A DNA stretch of 37,450 nucleotides, taken from Nitrospirota bacterium (GTDB lineage Bacteria > Nitrospirota > UBA9217). The stretch covers positions 1 to 37,450 of the forward strand of contig JAOUEV010000035.1 in the NCBI GenBank assembly GCA_029858565.1, in the 5' to 3' direction. Positions 19,853 through 32,949 of this stretch are shown in pieces. The translations under genes and the position numbers were made by a program. The notes under the pieces were generated by a model. The model did no database searches. It saw only the letters and a program-made list of their open reading frames with translations, and was not told the DNA's origin. How positions within the stretch are numbered: position 1 is the first letter of the stretch; the number at the start of each line of letters is the position of its first letter.

Positions 19853-21526
19853 ATGTTCACCCCGACCCCTGAGCAGCGCACCGTCATCGATACTGCCAAT
19901 TCGGCCATGGTCATTGCCGGCCCTGGCACCGGGAAGACGCGGACTGCGATTGAAAAAGCGAAACTGTATTGCAGCCGCCTGGATGCCCAGAAAAGGCAGA
20001 AAGTCCTTTTCTTATCATTCTCCAATTCGGCCGTCCGCCGTTTGTCAGAGGCGGCCGCGGTCAATTTTTCCGCCCGGGATCGCCGCCATCTCCGTTTTGC
20101 CACGTATCATTCGTACGCGGCGGAATTACTGAGGCATTACGGGCGATTTGTCGGATTGCCGCCAAAGATCCAGATAATGGACACGATCGAGCAGGCGTTG
20201 ACTCTGCTTGAGATGTCGATAGATTTCACGGCCGATACGAGGGATGAAGTGCTGAGGTCGCTCGCGAGGCAAGGCCGGCTGGGATTCGATGTTCTCATCC
20301 CGTTGACCATAAGGCTGCTCGAAAGCGCTCCGACGCTGAGACGTATCGCCACTCGCTGCTACCCGCTCGTGATCGTCGATGAATTCCAGGACACGAGCGA
20401 ACATCAATGGCGCCTCCTGCAATTGATCGGAGCGGACACCCAGGTTCTCGCCTTCGGAGATCCGAATCAGATCATCTACTCGTCGTTGCATGGCGCAACA
20501 GTTAAACGCTTCGAGCAGTTCCAGTCCTGGAAGATGATCGAGCCGCACGGATTTTCCCGCCATAATTATCGCTGTGAGCAGACAGACATCCTGGGTTTTG
20601 CCGAAGCGCTGCTGTCAGCTTCGCCGTTCACTCCTCCGGAAAAGTCATCGATGCAGATCTTCAGACTCCAATACCGCCCTCAACTGCGTTCCGCCCTGGC
20701 ACTCATTTGGAAAGCCATTCAGGAACAAGGAGGGACCGCCCCCACCGTCGGGATCATAGTGCCTTCAAACGCGATAGCGGACGAGATTGCTGTGGCATTG
20801 CGGAACCCGCCTGCAGAAGCGCAGGTGAAGATCAAAGTGTTCGCGAAGCAGATAGCCGATGGCGCTGCTTATGACGCGGTCATCCTGGCAGTATTGGCAC
20901 TTCGGGACTATTCGCATACGCGCTCACAAGCGTCTCTTCGCAAATTCGCGATGGCGCTACATGCGATGGACATACATTGGAACCGCAGGAAAAAAATGAC
21001 CCTGAAGAGCGTCAATCAGTTGGAGAAGTCATTGGCCAAGATATTGTCGGATGGCAGTTCCAGCCTTTCGGCGCTGGCGGCAAGACTGCTTTCGATTGCA
21101 GATGTCCGCGAGATTGTACCAGCGTTTGTGGCTGCTATCGGTGGGGTCCAGGAATGCGAGGTTGCCTGCCGCCGAATTGCATCGCATGGGAAATTGCCGC
21201 TTCCACATGTAGATACCGGCCAACAGCTCGAACTATTCGATCTCATGCGTCAATCAAGAACGGTAAGAGGGCTGGAAGGGTATGAGATAGGGGCGGCAAA
21301 AACGGAAATAATCACTTACCATCGCGCTAAAGGCCGCGAATTTGATTTCGTATTGATGTTGGTCGATCCTCGGAGCGAGAGCTCGAAGACGCCCATTGAT
21401 GAATTGCGTCGTCTTTACTATGTTTGTGCGACTCGTGCTAGGAGGTGGCTTGGCCTGATCTGTTACCAAAACGATATCGGCCGGGTGCTCGGCCCTGTGC
21501 TCTCACCGGCTACGAATCAGCGCTAA
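19853..21526 (+). CDS. gajB: UvrD-like SF1 helicase, GajB-like
   Basis: AGPGTGKT, VDEFQD, GDPNQ, NYR, TYHRAKGREFD, YVCATRAR; 6 nt after the OLD nuclease. Confidence 0.85.
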   Translation: MFTPTPEQRTVIDTANSAMVIAGPGTGKTRTAIEKAKLYCSRLDAQKRQKVLFLSFSNSAVRRLSEAAAVNFSARDRRHLRFATYHSYAAELLRHYGRFVGLPPKIQIMDTIEQALTLLEMSIDFTADTRDEVLRSLARQGRLGFDVLIPLTIRLLESAPTLRRIATRCYPLVIVDEFQDTSEHQWRLLQLIGADTQVLAFGDPNQIIYSSLHGATVKRFEQFQSWKMIEPHGFSRHNYRCEQTDILGFAEALLSASPFTPPEKSSMQIFRLQYRPQLRSALALIWKAIQEQGGTAPTVGIIVPSNAIADEIAVALRNPPAEAQVKIKVFAKQIADGAAYDAVILAVLALRDYSHTRSQASLRKFAMALHAMDIHWNRRKKMTLKSVNQLEKSLAKILSDGSSSLSALAARLLSIADVREIVPAFVAAIGGVQECEVACRRIASHGKLPLPHVDTGQQLELFDLMRQSRTVRGLEGYEIGAAKTEIITYHRAKGREFDFVLMLVDPRSESSKTPIDELRRLYYVCATRARRWLGLICYQNDIGRVLGPVLSPATNQR

Positions 21527-21620
21527 TTGGAATGAGTAGCAGATATAATCAGTTTAACTGGAAGGAATCGGTGTGACCCATCCAACAGGTATTGTCCGGG
21601 ATCTGCAATGAAATCAGCGA

Positions 21621-23003
21621 TTATCGCTGTCGCCCTCTATCTTCTTGACTACTCCGAATTACTTCTTCGCAGATCGCGTGACACGCTAATTTGTTTTTAC
21701 CTTTGATTATTAGTAGATTACCTCCTAGTCTCTCTCCGACCAATCTTGTTGTCGGCTCTATCCCTTCTGACATTAACTTCGCAGCGCATTGACGAAACAA
21801 GTCATACCTCTGTTCGACCATACTCTTTTGTTTAGAGGTTCTGTAGGCTTGGTTGCGTTGAAGAATTCTTCTTTCAATATCTGGATAATCCCGCCTAAGT
21901 CTGCGTCGACCCATACCTATTTTCGCCACTGCAGAAGTTAAGCTTATTGGATGAATGTCGGTAAGTAGAGCTTCCAATCGTCTTTTTACAACGTTCTTAC
22001 TAAGCTTTCGTCGTTTATTCGTTCGAAATGGCTTTTGTGTTCTGTCTTGGATGTCTAGTGTAATCTCTCCAAACGCGACTCGATCACCCAGCATCACATC
22101 AACCATGGAACATTGGAATGTCAATGCAATTTCAACAATTTGATATAAAGAAGGGAGGTGAGTCCGATGGATCCAATTATGTAGCGATACTTTATCGATG
22201 TGTAGCATTTTTGCGAATGCCGTCGCATTCCCTTTAGCAAAATATCGTACAGCATTATTGAGAAATACGTCAATTCCATTGGTTCCTTCTTTCAATCTTT
22301 CTATATCAGTCAACATATCCCCAACAATTTGCGCGCGCTTAATTTCCCTCTGCGAAGCAGCTGTTGTCATGTTCATGCTGGTTTCGACAAGCGGCCGACC
22401 GCAAGAGCTACATATCCCGGGCAAGTATATTTTGGCTGGTTTTACCTTACTGAAGTTTGACTGTGAGTCTTCATTATTACAAATGCAATTACTGACTAAA
22501 TTAACTCCATGTTTTGGACATACACTCACAGCGGCTATTTCCCATAAAAGATGTCCGTATACCCGACCATCACGTGCCGCTTCTGAAAAACACAGGGGAC
22601 ACCATCTCTTCATGTCGATCATTAGTCGCTTCGTACTGGTATATGGCCTTAAAGCAGTGAGCGTTAAATCGTCAAGACCCGCTTGCCCTGTGAGGCTACT
22701 TAAGAGTTCAGCCCACTTCTCAGGGACAGCGCCAATTCCGTTGAACAGCGGAAGATTCCACTCCTGGAAGTTATGCCCAAAGCGTTCTAATCCTAATCGC
22801 GGAATAATTATGTCCTTTGCCATGATCCTTGGAGAAACATGGTGCATATGGGCAAGTGTGAGGTAGTAGCTTCTGAGACTTTCGCAATGTGGTGTCCCTG
22901 CCCCAAGGGGTTTTAATGACGCTAAAACTGACCTCTGAGGTATCACTGCAGACGGATCTGTTCCCACTAGTTCGTAAATTTCTTGGCAACCCATTATCGG
23001 CAC
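21621..23003 (-). CDS. tniQ: TniQ/TnsD-family target-selection protein
   Basis: ESLRSYYLTLAHMH, RWCPLC, LLWEIAAVSVCPKH, C-C..CSSC zinc fingers, C-terminal HTH-like extension; coupled to tnsC. Confidence 0.9.
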   Translation of the reverse strand: MPIMGCQEIYELVGTDPSAVIPQRSVLASLKPLGAGTPHCESLRSYYLTLAHMHHVSPRIMAKDIIIPRLGLERFGHNFQEWNLPLFNGIGAVPEKWAELLSSLTGQAGLDDLTLTALRPYTSTKRLMIDMKRWCPLCFSEAARDGRVYGHLLWEIAAVSVCPKHGVNLVSNCICNNEDSQSNFSKVKPAKIYLPGICSSCGRPLVETSMNMTTAASQREIKRAQIVGDMLTDIERLKEGTNGIDVFLNNAVRYFAKGNATAFAKMLHIDKVSLHNWIHRTHLPSLYQIVEIALTFQCSMVDVMLGDRVAFGEITLDIQDRTQKPFRTNKRRKLSKNVVKRRLEALLTDIHPISLTSAVAKIGMGRRRLRRDYPDIERRILQRNQAYRTSKQKSMVEQRYDLFRQCAAKLMSEGIEPTTRLVGERLGGNLLIIKGKNKLACHAICEEVIRSSQEDRGRQR

Positions 23004-24079
23004 GCTACCTTTTCGCTAGTGCGAGATTCAGCATTAAGACTTCCGGAACCAAAAATTGCCTTTGCTATATTCTGTTCTCCCTTCAGCGTTTCTTCAAGGA
23101 TGCGCGCAATCTGTCCTTCGGTAAGAAGGGCCTTGAATAGACACTTATCAGTCCATCTCCCCTTATTCCGGACTGCAAACGTTAGCATTCTTTGAAGAGT
23201 GTCTTTAAGAATACCCACACATCCAACGCATGCATACTGAAGTTCATCGGACATTTCTGTCAAATCCGGGATTCCTTTAAGCGGAAAGTACTCCTGAAGC
23301 GTGCCCAGACTATTTCTGAATGCCTTCTTGTCCGCATCATTACCAGTACCGCTTAAGTATCTCTGAAAGTGTACGATAGCGCATCGTCTCGCGAACTGCC
23401 CACTCAACGTCATTAGCTCATAGAGATCATAGGAACCTATTAGAGCCAGGGTCAAATTTACTCCCTTGAGTTCTGTCAGCGCTTTTAAAGCATCCATATG
23501 AACAAGTCGGTCATTCTCATTGGCACCTCTTATGAGGTGAACAACCTCATCAACAACAACCAGAAGCGTGCGCCTAAACCGAAGTGCATCTTCAATGGCC
23601 ATACGAAGTCCAGCCACAGTGCTCCCCGCTGTAACGGATTTTACAGACATACGACCGTCCTGAAGTCGGGTCTCCTGCTTCTTATCCATAAGAGGCTCTT
23701 TAAGTAGCCGCCCTAACTCGATATAGAAAATTCGCCAGGAGAATCTTTTCTCACCGGATGCGGGAGCTGAAATGTATATTGCCGGAATAAAGCTTAAATC
23801 ATTCACCAATTCAGACTTATGTGCTTTGATTATCTCTTCCACAAGTGATTCGCCAAGCGTTGTCTTCCCCGCACCTGTAGGACCAATCAATAAAGCTATA
23901 TCTGTTCCGGATCCTGGCAACATCATGGTTTCTAAATCATCACGAACGGTTGTTACTCTGGGGTGCTTCACCCGGACTCGATAGAAATAGGCTAGTTTCT
24001 CATCATCAGAGAGCAACATTGCCTGCTCAGGGGTCATGATCTTTGGGTTAATGTTAGGATCTATCTTAGAATAATCCAT
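22994..24079 (-). CDS. tnsC: TnsC/TniB AAA+ ATPase
   Basis: GPTGAGKT, VVVDEVVH, GSYDL, QFARR. Start moved to ATG 24079 (MDYSK) after GAGGAGG. Confidence 0.92.
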   Translation of the reverse strand: MDYSKIDPNINPKIMTPEQAMLLSDDEKLAYFYRVRVKHPRVTTVRDDLETMMLPGSGTDIALLIGPTGAGKTTLGESLVEEIIKAHKSELVNDLSFIPAIYISAPASGEKRFSWRIFYIELGRLLKEPLMDKKQETRLQDGRMSVKSVTAGSTVAGLRMAIEDALRFRRTLLVVVDEVVHLIRGANENDRLVHMDALKALTELKGVNLTLALIGSYDLYELMTLSGQFARRCAIVHFQRYLSGTGNDADKKAFRNSLGTLQEYFPLKGIPDLTEMSDELQYACVGCVGILKDTLQRMLTFAVRNKGRWTDKCLFKALLTEGQIARILEETLKGEQNIAKAIFGSGSLNAESRTSEKVACR

Positions 24080-26813
24080 ATTCAGATTCTTCCTCCTCGG
24101 GTGTATTTGCGGAGCAAGATTGCGCCAAAGATAAGGCAGGTTTCGATAACGATGGTAGCTGTATGCCGGAGGAATTGGCCGAATTTTTCTGATCTTGGGT
24201 TTCAATATTCTCAATTGCCATCATTCCCAGATGCCCATAGACTATCAAAGCTTCTCTATGCTGCTCTCTCAGCCGTTCGTCAAAATTCTTGGCATCCATG
24301 ACCCTGAGCCAGTCCGCAACGCGCTCGGGAGACAGTTCTTTCTTCTTTACGTTGTGCTTTTTTGCAAGCTCGTCAAATGCGTAGCGCAACTCTATCCTGC
24401 TAAGACGACGAAGACGCCATACCAACTTGGACTCGCACTGTTGCCACTCATTGTTCACAAGTGCATAAACGTACCTCACATCCCATGGATCAATTCTGAT
24501 TTCGACTGGCTTCTTATGTAAGCCTGCCGTCGACAAGGTATTATTCCAATACCAAATGTTGTTTATCTTGACACCGCGCTGACCATCAACGACGCGGCTT
24601 CCCGTGGCATCGGGAGCAGGGCATGTTTCGATCCGAAACGTTCGGTCGAAGCGAACGATACGGTGAAGGCGCATTCCGGTTTCAGCCATTCTTCTAAGAA
24701 AATGCTTTACTGGTTCTTCTCCGTGTGCCGGATGATTTTCCGTTCCATAGAGTTTTTCAAAATAGAAATCTAGCGCTCCATGCAACGCAGGCAATGTCCA
24801 TTCGACAAAGTTCTTGGGATTGACGGACTTTGTGATCATCCGGAGGTGTTTCCGCAGTTGAGTATTTCCACTAAGATTATGAATTAACTGTGACTGGGTT
24901 ATTCCGAAGAGACGTTCAATCACAGCACCATGGCGTGGTTCACCTGCCGGGCGATATCTGATACTACAGCCGTATAAACGACAAACACGTTTGAACGCTC
25001 TCGATTTGAATTCTTTCCCATTGTCGACAACTATCATATCCGGCATCCGACCGTGTCTACGAACAATATCCCGAAGTAACATCATGCATGACTTATAACT
25101 GGCCTGTTCAAAGGATAGATAGAAACCTACTACGTTACGTGATTCGGCATCGATTGCCAGTGAAAGCCAGACCGTCCATTTGGATCTCTTCAAGTTCGGC
25201 GAGCACAGCAATATTTCCAGCGGTGTGTGATCAAAATGTACATACTGAAAAGGACGAACACCATGAATATGCTCATCCAGTTTCAGGTACCAAACAATGG
25301 GTTGAAGCTGATAATGTGACCGTTTGCCTTTCCGCTTACGAACCGACGTAAGTCTATCGATCTCTTTATTACATGTTTTTTGCGAACAGACTTTGACACC
25401 CGCAGATTGACAAGCTTCGAGCACCAGCGTGTATGCCATCTTCTTGTTTATGTTTGTAGCGGTGTTGAATTTGTTCACGACAATTGATTTTATGATATCG
25501 ATTAGAATTTGAGGAATTTTCCTCTCGCGGTTCCCGCAATTCTCGTAATTTGGAACAAGGGCCATATTTTGGTCCAGTACATTTTCGCCCGCTTCCCTAA
25601 TGGCTTGTCTATATCTCTGCAAAGTACGTTTTGATACTGTTACGAGCTCTGGTGCAGTGTCAGAATATTCCAGTTGTTGTGCTCTACGGAGTGCCCAGTC
25701 CATTTCTTTAGGCGACAATGAAGCTGGCGACTCAGTTGTTATTTCACGATTAGGAGATATTATGGACAGCTTTCCTGCCGCGTATTGCTTTTCCAAAACT
25801 TCAAGTGAAAGCTCGGTAGTACCATCGTCGGCCGATAACATTACTGATTTCTGTCCAACAAGAGCGATCGTATAAGTTTTGCCGTCGTAATTTACTTCAG
25901 TCCCAACGGTAAATGAGACATCTAATCTAGACGTCTCATCATCATCCCTTGAATCTTCAATTCGCTGATAGAAAGCGAGTGTAGTTTTATCTCGATAAAC
26001 GCGGGCGCTATCCGTTTCGGAGATATCATCATTCATTATGTCAAAGGCTATGTGCCCATCGACTATCGCCTTGTATATATCATCGGCAGACACACGCGCA
26101 GAGGGATCTACGTCATGCTCGTCTTCCGCGGCTATCGCATCTTTACCACATGCCGAGTATTTCAACAGTTCCCCTATCGTGGCCACTGCATTTTCGGCAA
26201 GAATGTCATGGATAAGATCTATTTTCTTTTGATCAACGGGAATGCAGGATGGGGAATAGTAATCGGATAGAAACTCAAGGTTGCTGACATACTGTCGCGG
26301 ATGCTCATCCGATGAACGAAGGCGATAGGTTATGCCTCTATCGGAAAGAAATTCTTCAACTGCCGGAAAACGCCACTCTCCATTTTCCTTTACGAATCTT
26401 CCCGGGTACTTTGAAGCGAGTTTCTCGAGTCTCTTTTCTTGCCGCCACTCTTCGATAAGTATCTGGTCATCACGAATAATAAGAAAATCCGGTGCGTGTT
26501 GTATTCTTGTTTTTTGGGCTCCGCCGTTAATAGGAAGGATAAGATCAAGGTAACAAGGTTGGGGATAGTATTCGATTACATGCGAATCATGTTCATATTG
26601 GATTACTGCAGGAAACTCCACGGTCCTGCTTTCCGTGCCGATGTGCATATCCCGACCCATTTTCTTGCTTGCGTACAATGTGATCACATTGCCGGAATTA
26701 GATTTTATATCTCTGACAGGAGATTCTCTTCTTGCCTTTTCAACGAGACGTCTACCTTCGGGAGGAGTGCCAAGTCTATCAAATAACAAATTAAGATCAG
26801 TAATGGTCATCAT
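24066..26813 (-). CDS. tnsAB: TnsA-TnsB fusion transposase
   Basis: N-terminal TnsA-like SKKMG..ESRTVE..EYYPQP..APDFL..EEWR; C-terminal DDE: HFDHT, VVDNGKEF, IERLFG; Mu-like C-terminus IDPWD. Confidence 0.92.
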   Translation of the reverse strand: MMTITDLNLLFDRLGTPPEGRRLVEKARRESPVRDIKSNSGNVITLYASKKMGRDMHIGTESRTVEFPAVIQYEHDSHVIEYYPQPCYLDLILPINGGAQKTRIQHAPDFLIIRDDQILIEEWRQEKRLEKLASKYPGRFVKENGEWRFPAVEEFLSDRGITYRLRSSDEHPRQYVSNLEFLSDYYSPSCIPVDQKKIDLIHDILAENAVATIGELLKYSACGKDAIAAEDEHDVDPSARVSADDIYKAIVDGHIAFDIMNDDISETDSARVYRDKTTLAFYQRIEDSRDDDETSRLDVSFTVGTEVNYDGKTYTIALVGQKSVMLSADDGTTELSLEVLEKQYAAGKLSIISPNREITTESPASLSPKEMDWALRRAQQLEYSDTAPELVTVSKRTLQRYRQAIREAGENVLDQNMALVPNYENCGNRERKIPQILIDIIKSIVVNKFNTATNINKKMAYTLVLEACQSAGVKVCSQKTCNKEIDRLTSVRKRKGKRSHYQLQPIVWYLKLDEHIHGVRPFQYVHFDHTPLEILLCSPNLKRSKWTVWLSLAIDAESRNVVGFYLSFEQASYKSCMMLLRDIVRRHGRMPDMIVVDNGKEFKSRAFKRVCRLYGCSIRYRPAGEPRHGAVIERLFGITQSQLIHNLSGNTQLRKHLRMITKSVNPKNFVEWTLPALHGALDFYFEKLYGTENHPAHGEEPVKHFLRRMAETGMRLHRIVRFDRTFRIETCPAPDATGSRVVDGQRGVKINNIWYWNNTLSTAGLHKKPVEIRIDPWDVRYVYALVNNEWQQCESKLVWRLRRLSRIELRYAFDELAKKHNVKKKELSPERVADWLRVMDAKNFDERLREQHREALIVYGHLGMMAIENIETQDQKNSANSSGIQLPSLSKPALSLAQSCSANTPEEEESEYGLF

Positions 26814-26996
26814 TTTCCGGTCCTTTTCAGTTCTGGCAGATCAGGCATATATTTCTACGTCTTATCTCAAAAACCGGGGGCAAGGTTCTTAATTCGGACC
26901 ACTCCCAGTTACCCCAGGCTCCCCTCAGATACATCAGCTAATTCGCGCCACAGTCCAACCATATCGCCAACGAGCCACTTTAGAGATAGTTAACAT
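26810..26996 (-). pseudogene. Decayed Cro/XRE-like HTH gene upstream of tnsAB
   Basis: MLTISKVARWRYGWTVA, frameshift, then ELADVSEGSLG*LGVVRIKNLAPGF*DKT*KYMPDLPELKRTGK*, whose TGA overlaps the tnsAB ATG. Confidence 0.5.
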
Positions 26997-27024
26997 GTCA
27001 TTGTGGCTAGTAATAGCTAGCAGA

Positions 27025-27053
27025 AATATATAATAAATACTAGTTATTGTCAA
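27025..27053 (-). promoter_or_regulatory. sigma70 promoter for the tns operon
   Basis: TTGACA-17nt-TATATT; palindrome GCTAG-TAATAG-CTAGC at 27006-27021 just downstream. Confidence 0.6.
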
Positions 27054-27224
27054 ACAAAATAGCATCTACTCTTTAACTTGTTAAAAAGAAAGCTTTTTAT
27101 TCCAATTTCAATGTCAGTTACTGGGTATAAATGGCACTTAATGATGGGAATATATTGTACTAGCTCCCTTTTATTGGAAGTAAATACATGCTAATCCAAA
27201 TATTATTTACAAAGGAAGGAACTT

Positions 27225-27932
27225 ATGTTAAAGTTGAAAATGCTGAGAATCGCCAGGAAATTCTTCGGATACACACAGGAAGAACTCGCAGAAAAGATTG
27301 GAACCAGTCAGAAATATTATACGCAGATTGAAAACGGGCTATCGAAGTCAAATCCGATCATCAGCAAGCTCGCAGGAATCCTTAACATCAAAGAATCCTT
27401 TCTAGGCTCATCCGGAGAATACATTGAGTATCCGTTTCTCTCCGACTTTTACACCTTCTGTTTAACTGATAAGGAGATATTTGAACTTTACAAGAATATT
27501 TCAGAGTATGTATGCTCGCCGTCTGAATTTATAGACATCGTCTTTCTTCTCATTCGCCCATCCTTAATTCGTGTTGCGCCAACGCTAAGTGGTTACCCAG
27601 TTATCTATTTCGCCATAAGAGACGATAGAGACACGGTATTTCTCTTTAGGAGAAAAATACGGACTAGGCGCCTGGCAATAGCAAACAAACCTCGCAATGA
27701 CAATAAGGAAATAGAAATCCGTTCATTTGCGCGGGTTGATTCCTTTCGCGTAATGCTACACAGCTTGCCAGGTACGTATATATTGGAGTCGACCAGAATG
27801 ATTTCAGATGAACTTCACAAACAAATCGAAGATGGATCTGTTTCAAGAAACGATATTGTGCAGCTATTTCCCGATGCAAAGTATTTCCAGGGCCAATATC
27901 TAGCGCATACGAAGATAAGAAGTCGACGCTAG
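27225..27932 (+). CDS. XRE-family HTH regulator with unknown C-terminal domain
   Basis: RIARKFFGYTQEELAEKIGTSQKYYTQIENG; AAGGAAGG RBS. Confidence 0.85.
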   Translation: MLKLKMLRIARKFFGYTQEELAEKIGTSQKYYTQIENGLSKSNPIISKLAGILNIKESFLGSSGEYIEYPFLSDFYTFCLTDKEIFELYKNISEYVCSPSEFIDIVFLLIRPSLIRVAPTLSGYPVIYFAIRDDRDTVFLFRRKIRTRRLAIANKPRNDNKEIEIRSFARVDSFRVMLHSLPGTYILESTRMISDELHKQIEDGSVSRNDIVQLFPDAKYFQGQYLAHTKIRSRR

Positions 27933-27947
27933 TTTTCGGACTTGCCC

Positions 27948-28598
27948 ATGAACCTGATCAAGTCAAAACAACGTATCGCGGATCACGGGGAGGTATTTAC
28001 CCCCGCGTGGATGGTCGATGCAATGCTCGACCTCGTTAAGGGCGAGACCGAGCGCATTGACGCCCGTTTCCTGGAGCCGGCGTGCGGGAGTGGGAACTTC
28101 CTCGTACGCATTCTACAGCGCAAACTCACTGCCGTCGAACTCAAATACGCGAAGTCCGACTTTGAAAAGCGACACTACGCACTTCTCGCTGTGATGTGCA
28201 CTTACGGGATTGAGCTTCTGCCGGATAACATCGCCGAGTGCCGCGCAAACATGCTCGAAATCCTTGCCGACTACCTGAATCTCGACGAGTCGGATGACCT
28301 GTATCGAGCCGCCTTCTATGTGCTATCGCAGAACCTCGTCCACGGCGACGCCCTGAAGATGCGGGCCAGCGATGACCAACCGATCACTTTTGCGGAATGG
28401 GGATACCTCGGGAAGGGGAAGTTCCAGCGCCGCGATTTCCGTTTGGACGTGCTGACGGGGGCGTCAGCTTATAGCAGGGAGGGCGATCTCTTTGCCAACC
28501 TGGGTAAACACGAGATCTTCACGCCGACCAAGACCTACCCGCCGATGACGGTGAGCGAGCTTGCCGCTAACGGCGGTGCACCGAAGGAGTCAGTATGA
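27948..28598 (+). CDS. Short DNA methyltransferase-like subunit (SAM-binding half)
   Basis: GEVFTP (motif X), FLEPACGSGNF (motif I), YGIEL; no NPPY. ATGA overlap with the next gene. Confidence 0.85.
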   Translation: MNLIKSKQRIADHGEVFTPAWMVDAMLDLVKGETERIDARFLEPACGSGNFLVRILQRKLTAVELKYAKSDFEKRHYALLAVMCTYGIELLPDNIAECRANMLEILADYLNLDESDDLYRAAFYVLSQNLVHGDALKMRASDDQPITFAEWGYLGKGKFQRRDFRLDVLTGASAYSREGDLFANLGKHEIFTPTKTYPPMTVSELAANGGAPKESV

Positions 28599-30194
28599 CA
28601 GGCCAGGCCCTCTTTGCGCTTCGTGGCAGGAATCCGGATGTGCTGACCTGCATTGCGAACCTCTCGAACGATGAGGTGTTCACGCCTCCTGAATTCGCGA
28701 ACAGGATGCTGGATACCCTTGCCGAGGCGTGGGCGGCCAACAGCAAGGGCGCGAACATCTGGGCGGATAGTTCGGTGAAGTTCCTTGACCCGTGCACGAA
28801 GTCCGGCGTTTTCCTCCGTGAGATCACCAGCCGACTCAATAAAGGCCTGGCAGACGAGATCCCAAACCTCGAGGACCGCGTCAATCACATCCTAACGAAA
28901 CAGGTGTTCGGCATCGGAATCACGCATCTTACGAGCCTGCTTGCACGCCGGAGTGTGTATTGCTCGAAGCACGCAAAAGGCAAACACTCCATCACGAAGT
29001 CCTTCCGTAGCGACGAAGGCAATATCTGGTTCAAACGAACCGAACACACTTGGGTTGATGACAAGTGCGAGTACTGTGGCGCAAGTAAAAAGGCCCTTGA
29101 CCGTGGTGAGGGTCTTGAAACTCACGCATATGCGTTCATCCACGCCGACAATATCAAGGCCCGATTTACCGAGTTGTTTGGAGGCACTATGCAATTTGAC
29201 GTAGTCATTGGTAATCCCCCGTATCAGTTGGATGATGGCGGTTATGGCACGAGCGCAGCTCCGATCTATCAGCTGTTTGTCGAAAAAGCCCTTGAGCTCG
29301 ATCCACGCTACGCCGTGTTCGTGACGCCTTCAAGATGGATGGCTGGGGGAAAGGGGCTCGACAAGTATCGTGAGCGTATGCTCTCCGACAAGCGTCTTCG
29401 AAATATCGTAGACTATCCGAAGCTTTACGAAGGCTTCCCGGGGGTGAAGATTCGCGGGGGCATCTCTTATTTTTTGTGGGAGCGGGAGCACAAAGGCCCG
29501 TGCGAAGTTCAGACGATTTGGGACGGTCAGCCGACGGGACCAGCAGTTGCACGCTATCTCGATGCGTATGACATCTTGGTGCGGCGCAACGAGGCGGTCC
29601 CGATCCTGGAGAAGGTCAGAGCGAAGAGCGAGCAGACACTCGACACACGTGTTTCAAGCGGAAAACCGTTCGGATTACGCACATTCTTTCATGGCAAGCC
29701 AGCCGCAAAAGGTCTCAAGAAACCGGTGAAGCTCTTCGGGTCACAGAAGATCAGCTGGGTGGAGCGGTCTGCAATCACCGTGAATCCCACGTGGATAGAC
29801 GAGTGGAAAGTACTTATGACGGCTGTGCAGGGAACGAGTGCGGCGGTTGAAACCAAGTTCCTCAGCAAGCCCATCATCGCTGAACCGGGCACGGCCTGTA
29901 CTGAGACCTACCTTGTTGCTGGCCACTTCGACAATGAGACGACAGCAACCAACTACGCAAAGTATCTGCGCACCCGGTTTCTTCGTTTCCTGGTCTCCCT
30001 ACGCAAAGCTACTCAGCACGCCACTCGCGACGTATATGCCTTTGTCCCTGACTTGCCGTTGGACAAAGAGTGGACCGACGCTAAGCTCTACAAGCGTTAC
30101 GGCCTGACCAAGGAAGAGATCGCCTTTATTGAGTCGCAAGTCGCTGAGCACGACAGCGAGCTGTTTGAGGAAGGCATTGCCGACGAAGGTGGCG

Positions 30195-30202
<8 letters not shown>
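28595..30202 (+). CDS. Eco57I-like N6-adenine DNA methyltransferase
   Basis: EVFTPP, degenerate motif I FLDPCTKSGVF, FDVVIGNPPY (motif IV), YQLFVE, TPSRW, C-terminal YGLTKEEIAFIE. Confidence 0.9.
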
Positions 30203-32732
<2,530 letters not shown>

Positions 32733-32949
32733 AGGGCTTCGATCGGAGATAGGCGCAGCGAACATCTGAAATAGATATTTCTACTCAGGTCGGCAGGTTC
32801 CACTTGCTCGACTTCACCTATTTACTTCACGGGACGAATTGTCAGCGGCATTACAATAGACTGTTTGTTTATTATACATGAATATTGGGGTGGGCAGCGG
32901 CCACTACCATCCAGCCCGTCAGGAGGCCGCAGGCCTCTCTATCCAGTCG

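Noticed and set aside
21581-21597. Lone TATTGTCC resembling a TnsB site
   Set aside because: Single copy, lacks the conserved ATA, and has no correctly spaced terminal TGT/ACA.
24080-24214. N-terminal extensions in the ORF track (tnsC; also 7906-8019, 15007-15072, 16502-16525, 30129-30194, 34603-34638)
   Set aside because: Downstream ATGs fit RBS position or domain starts better and avoid long overlaps.
26814-27224. Second transposon end upstream of tnsAB (32733-32949 also checked)
   Set aside because: No inverted GAYAA-N2-TAT array and no ACA-GGCTT.
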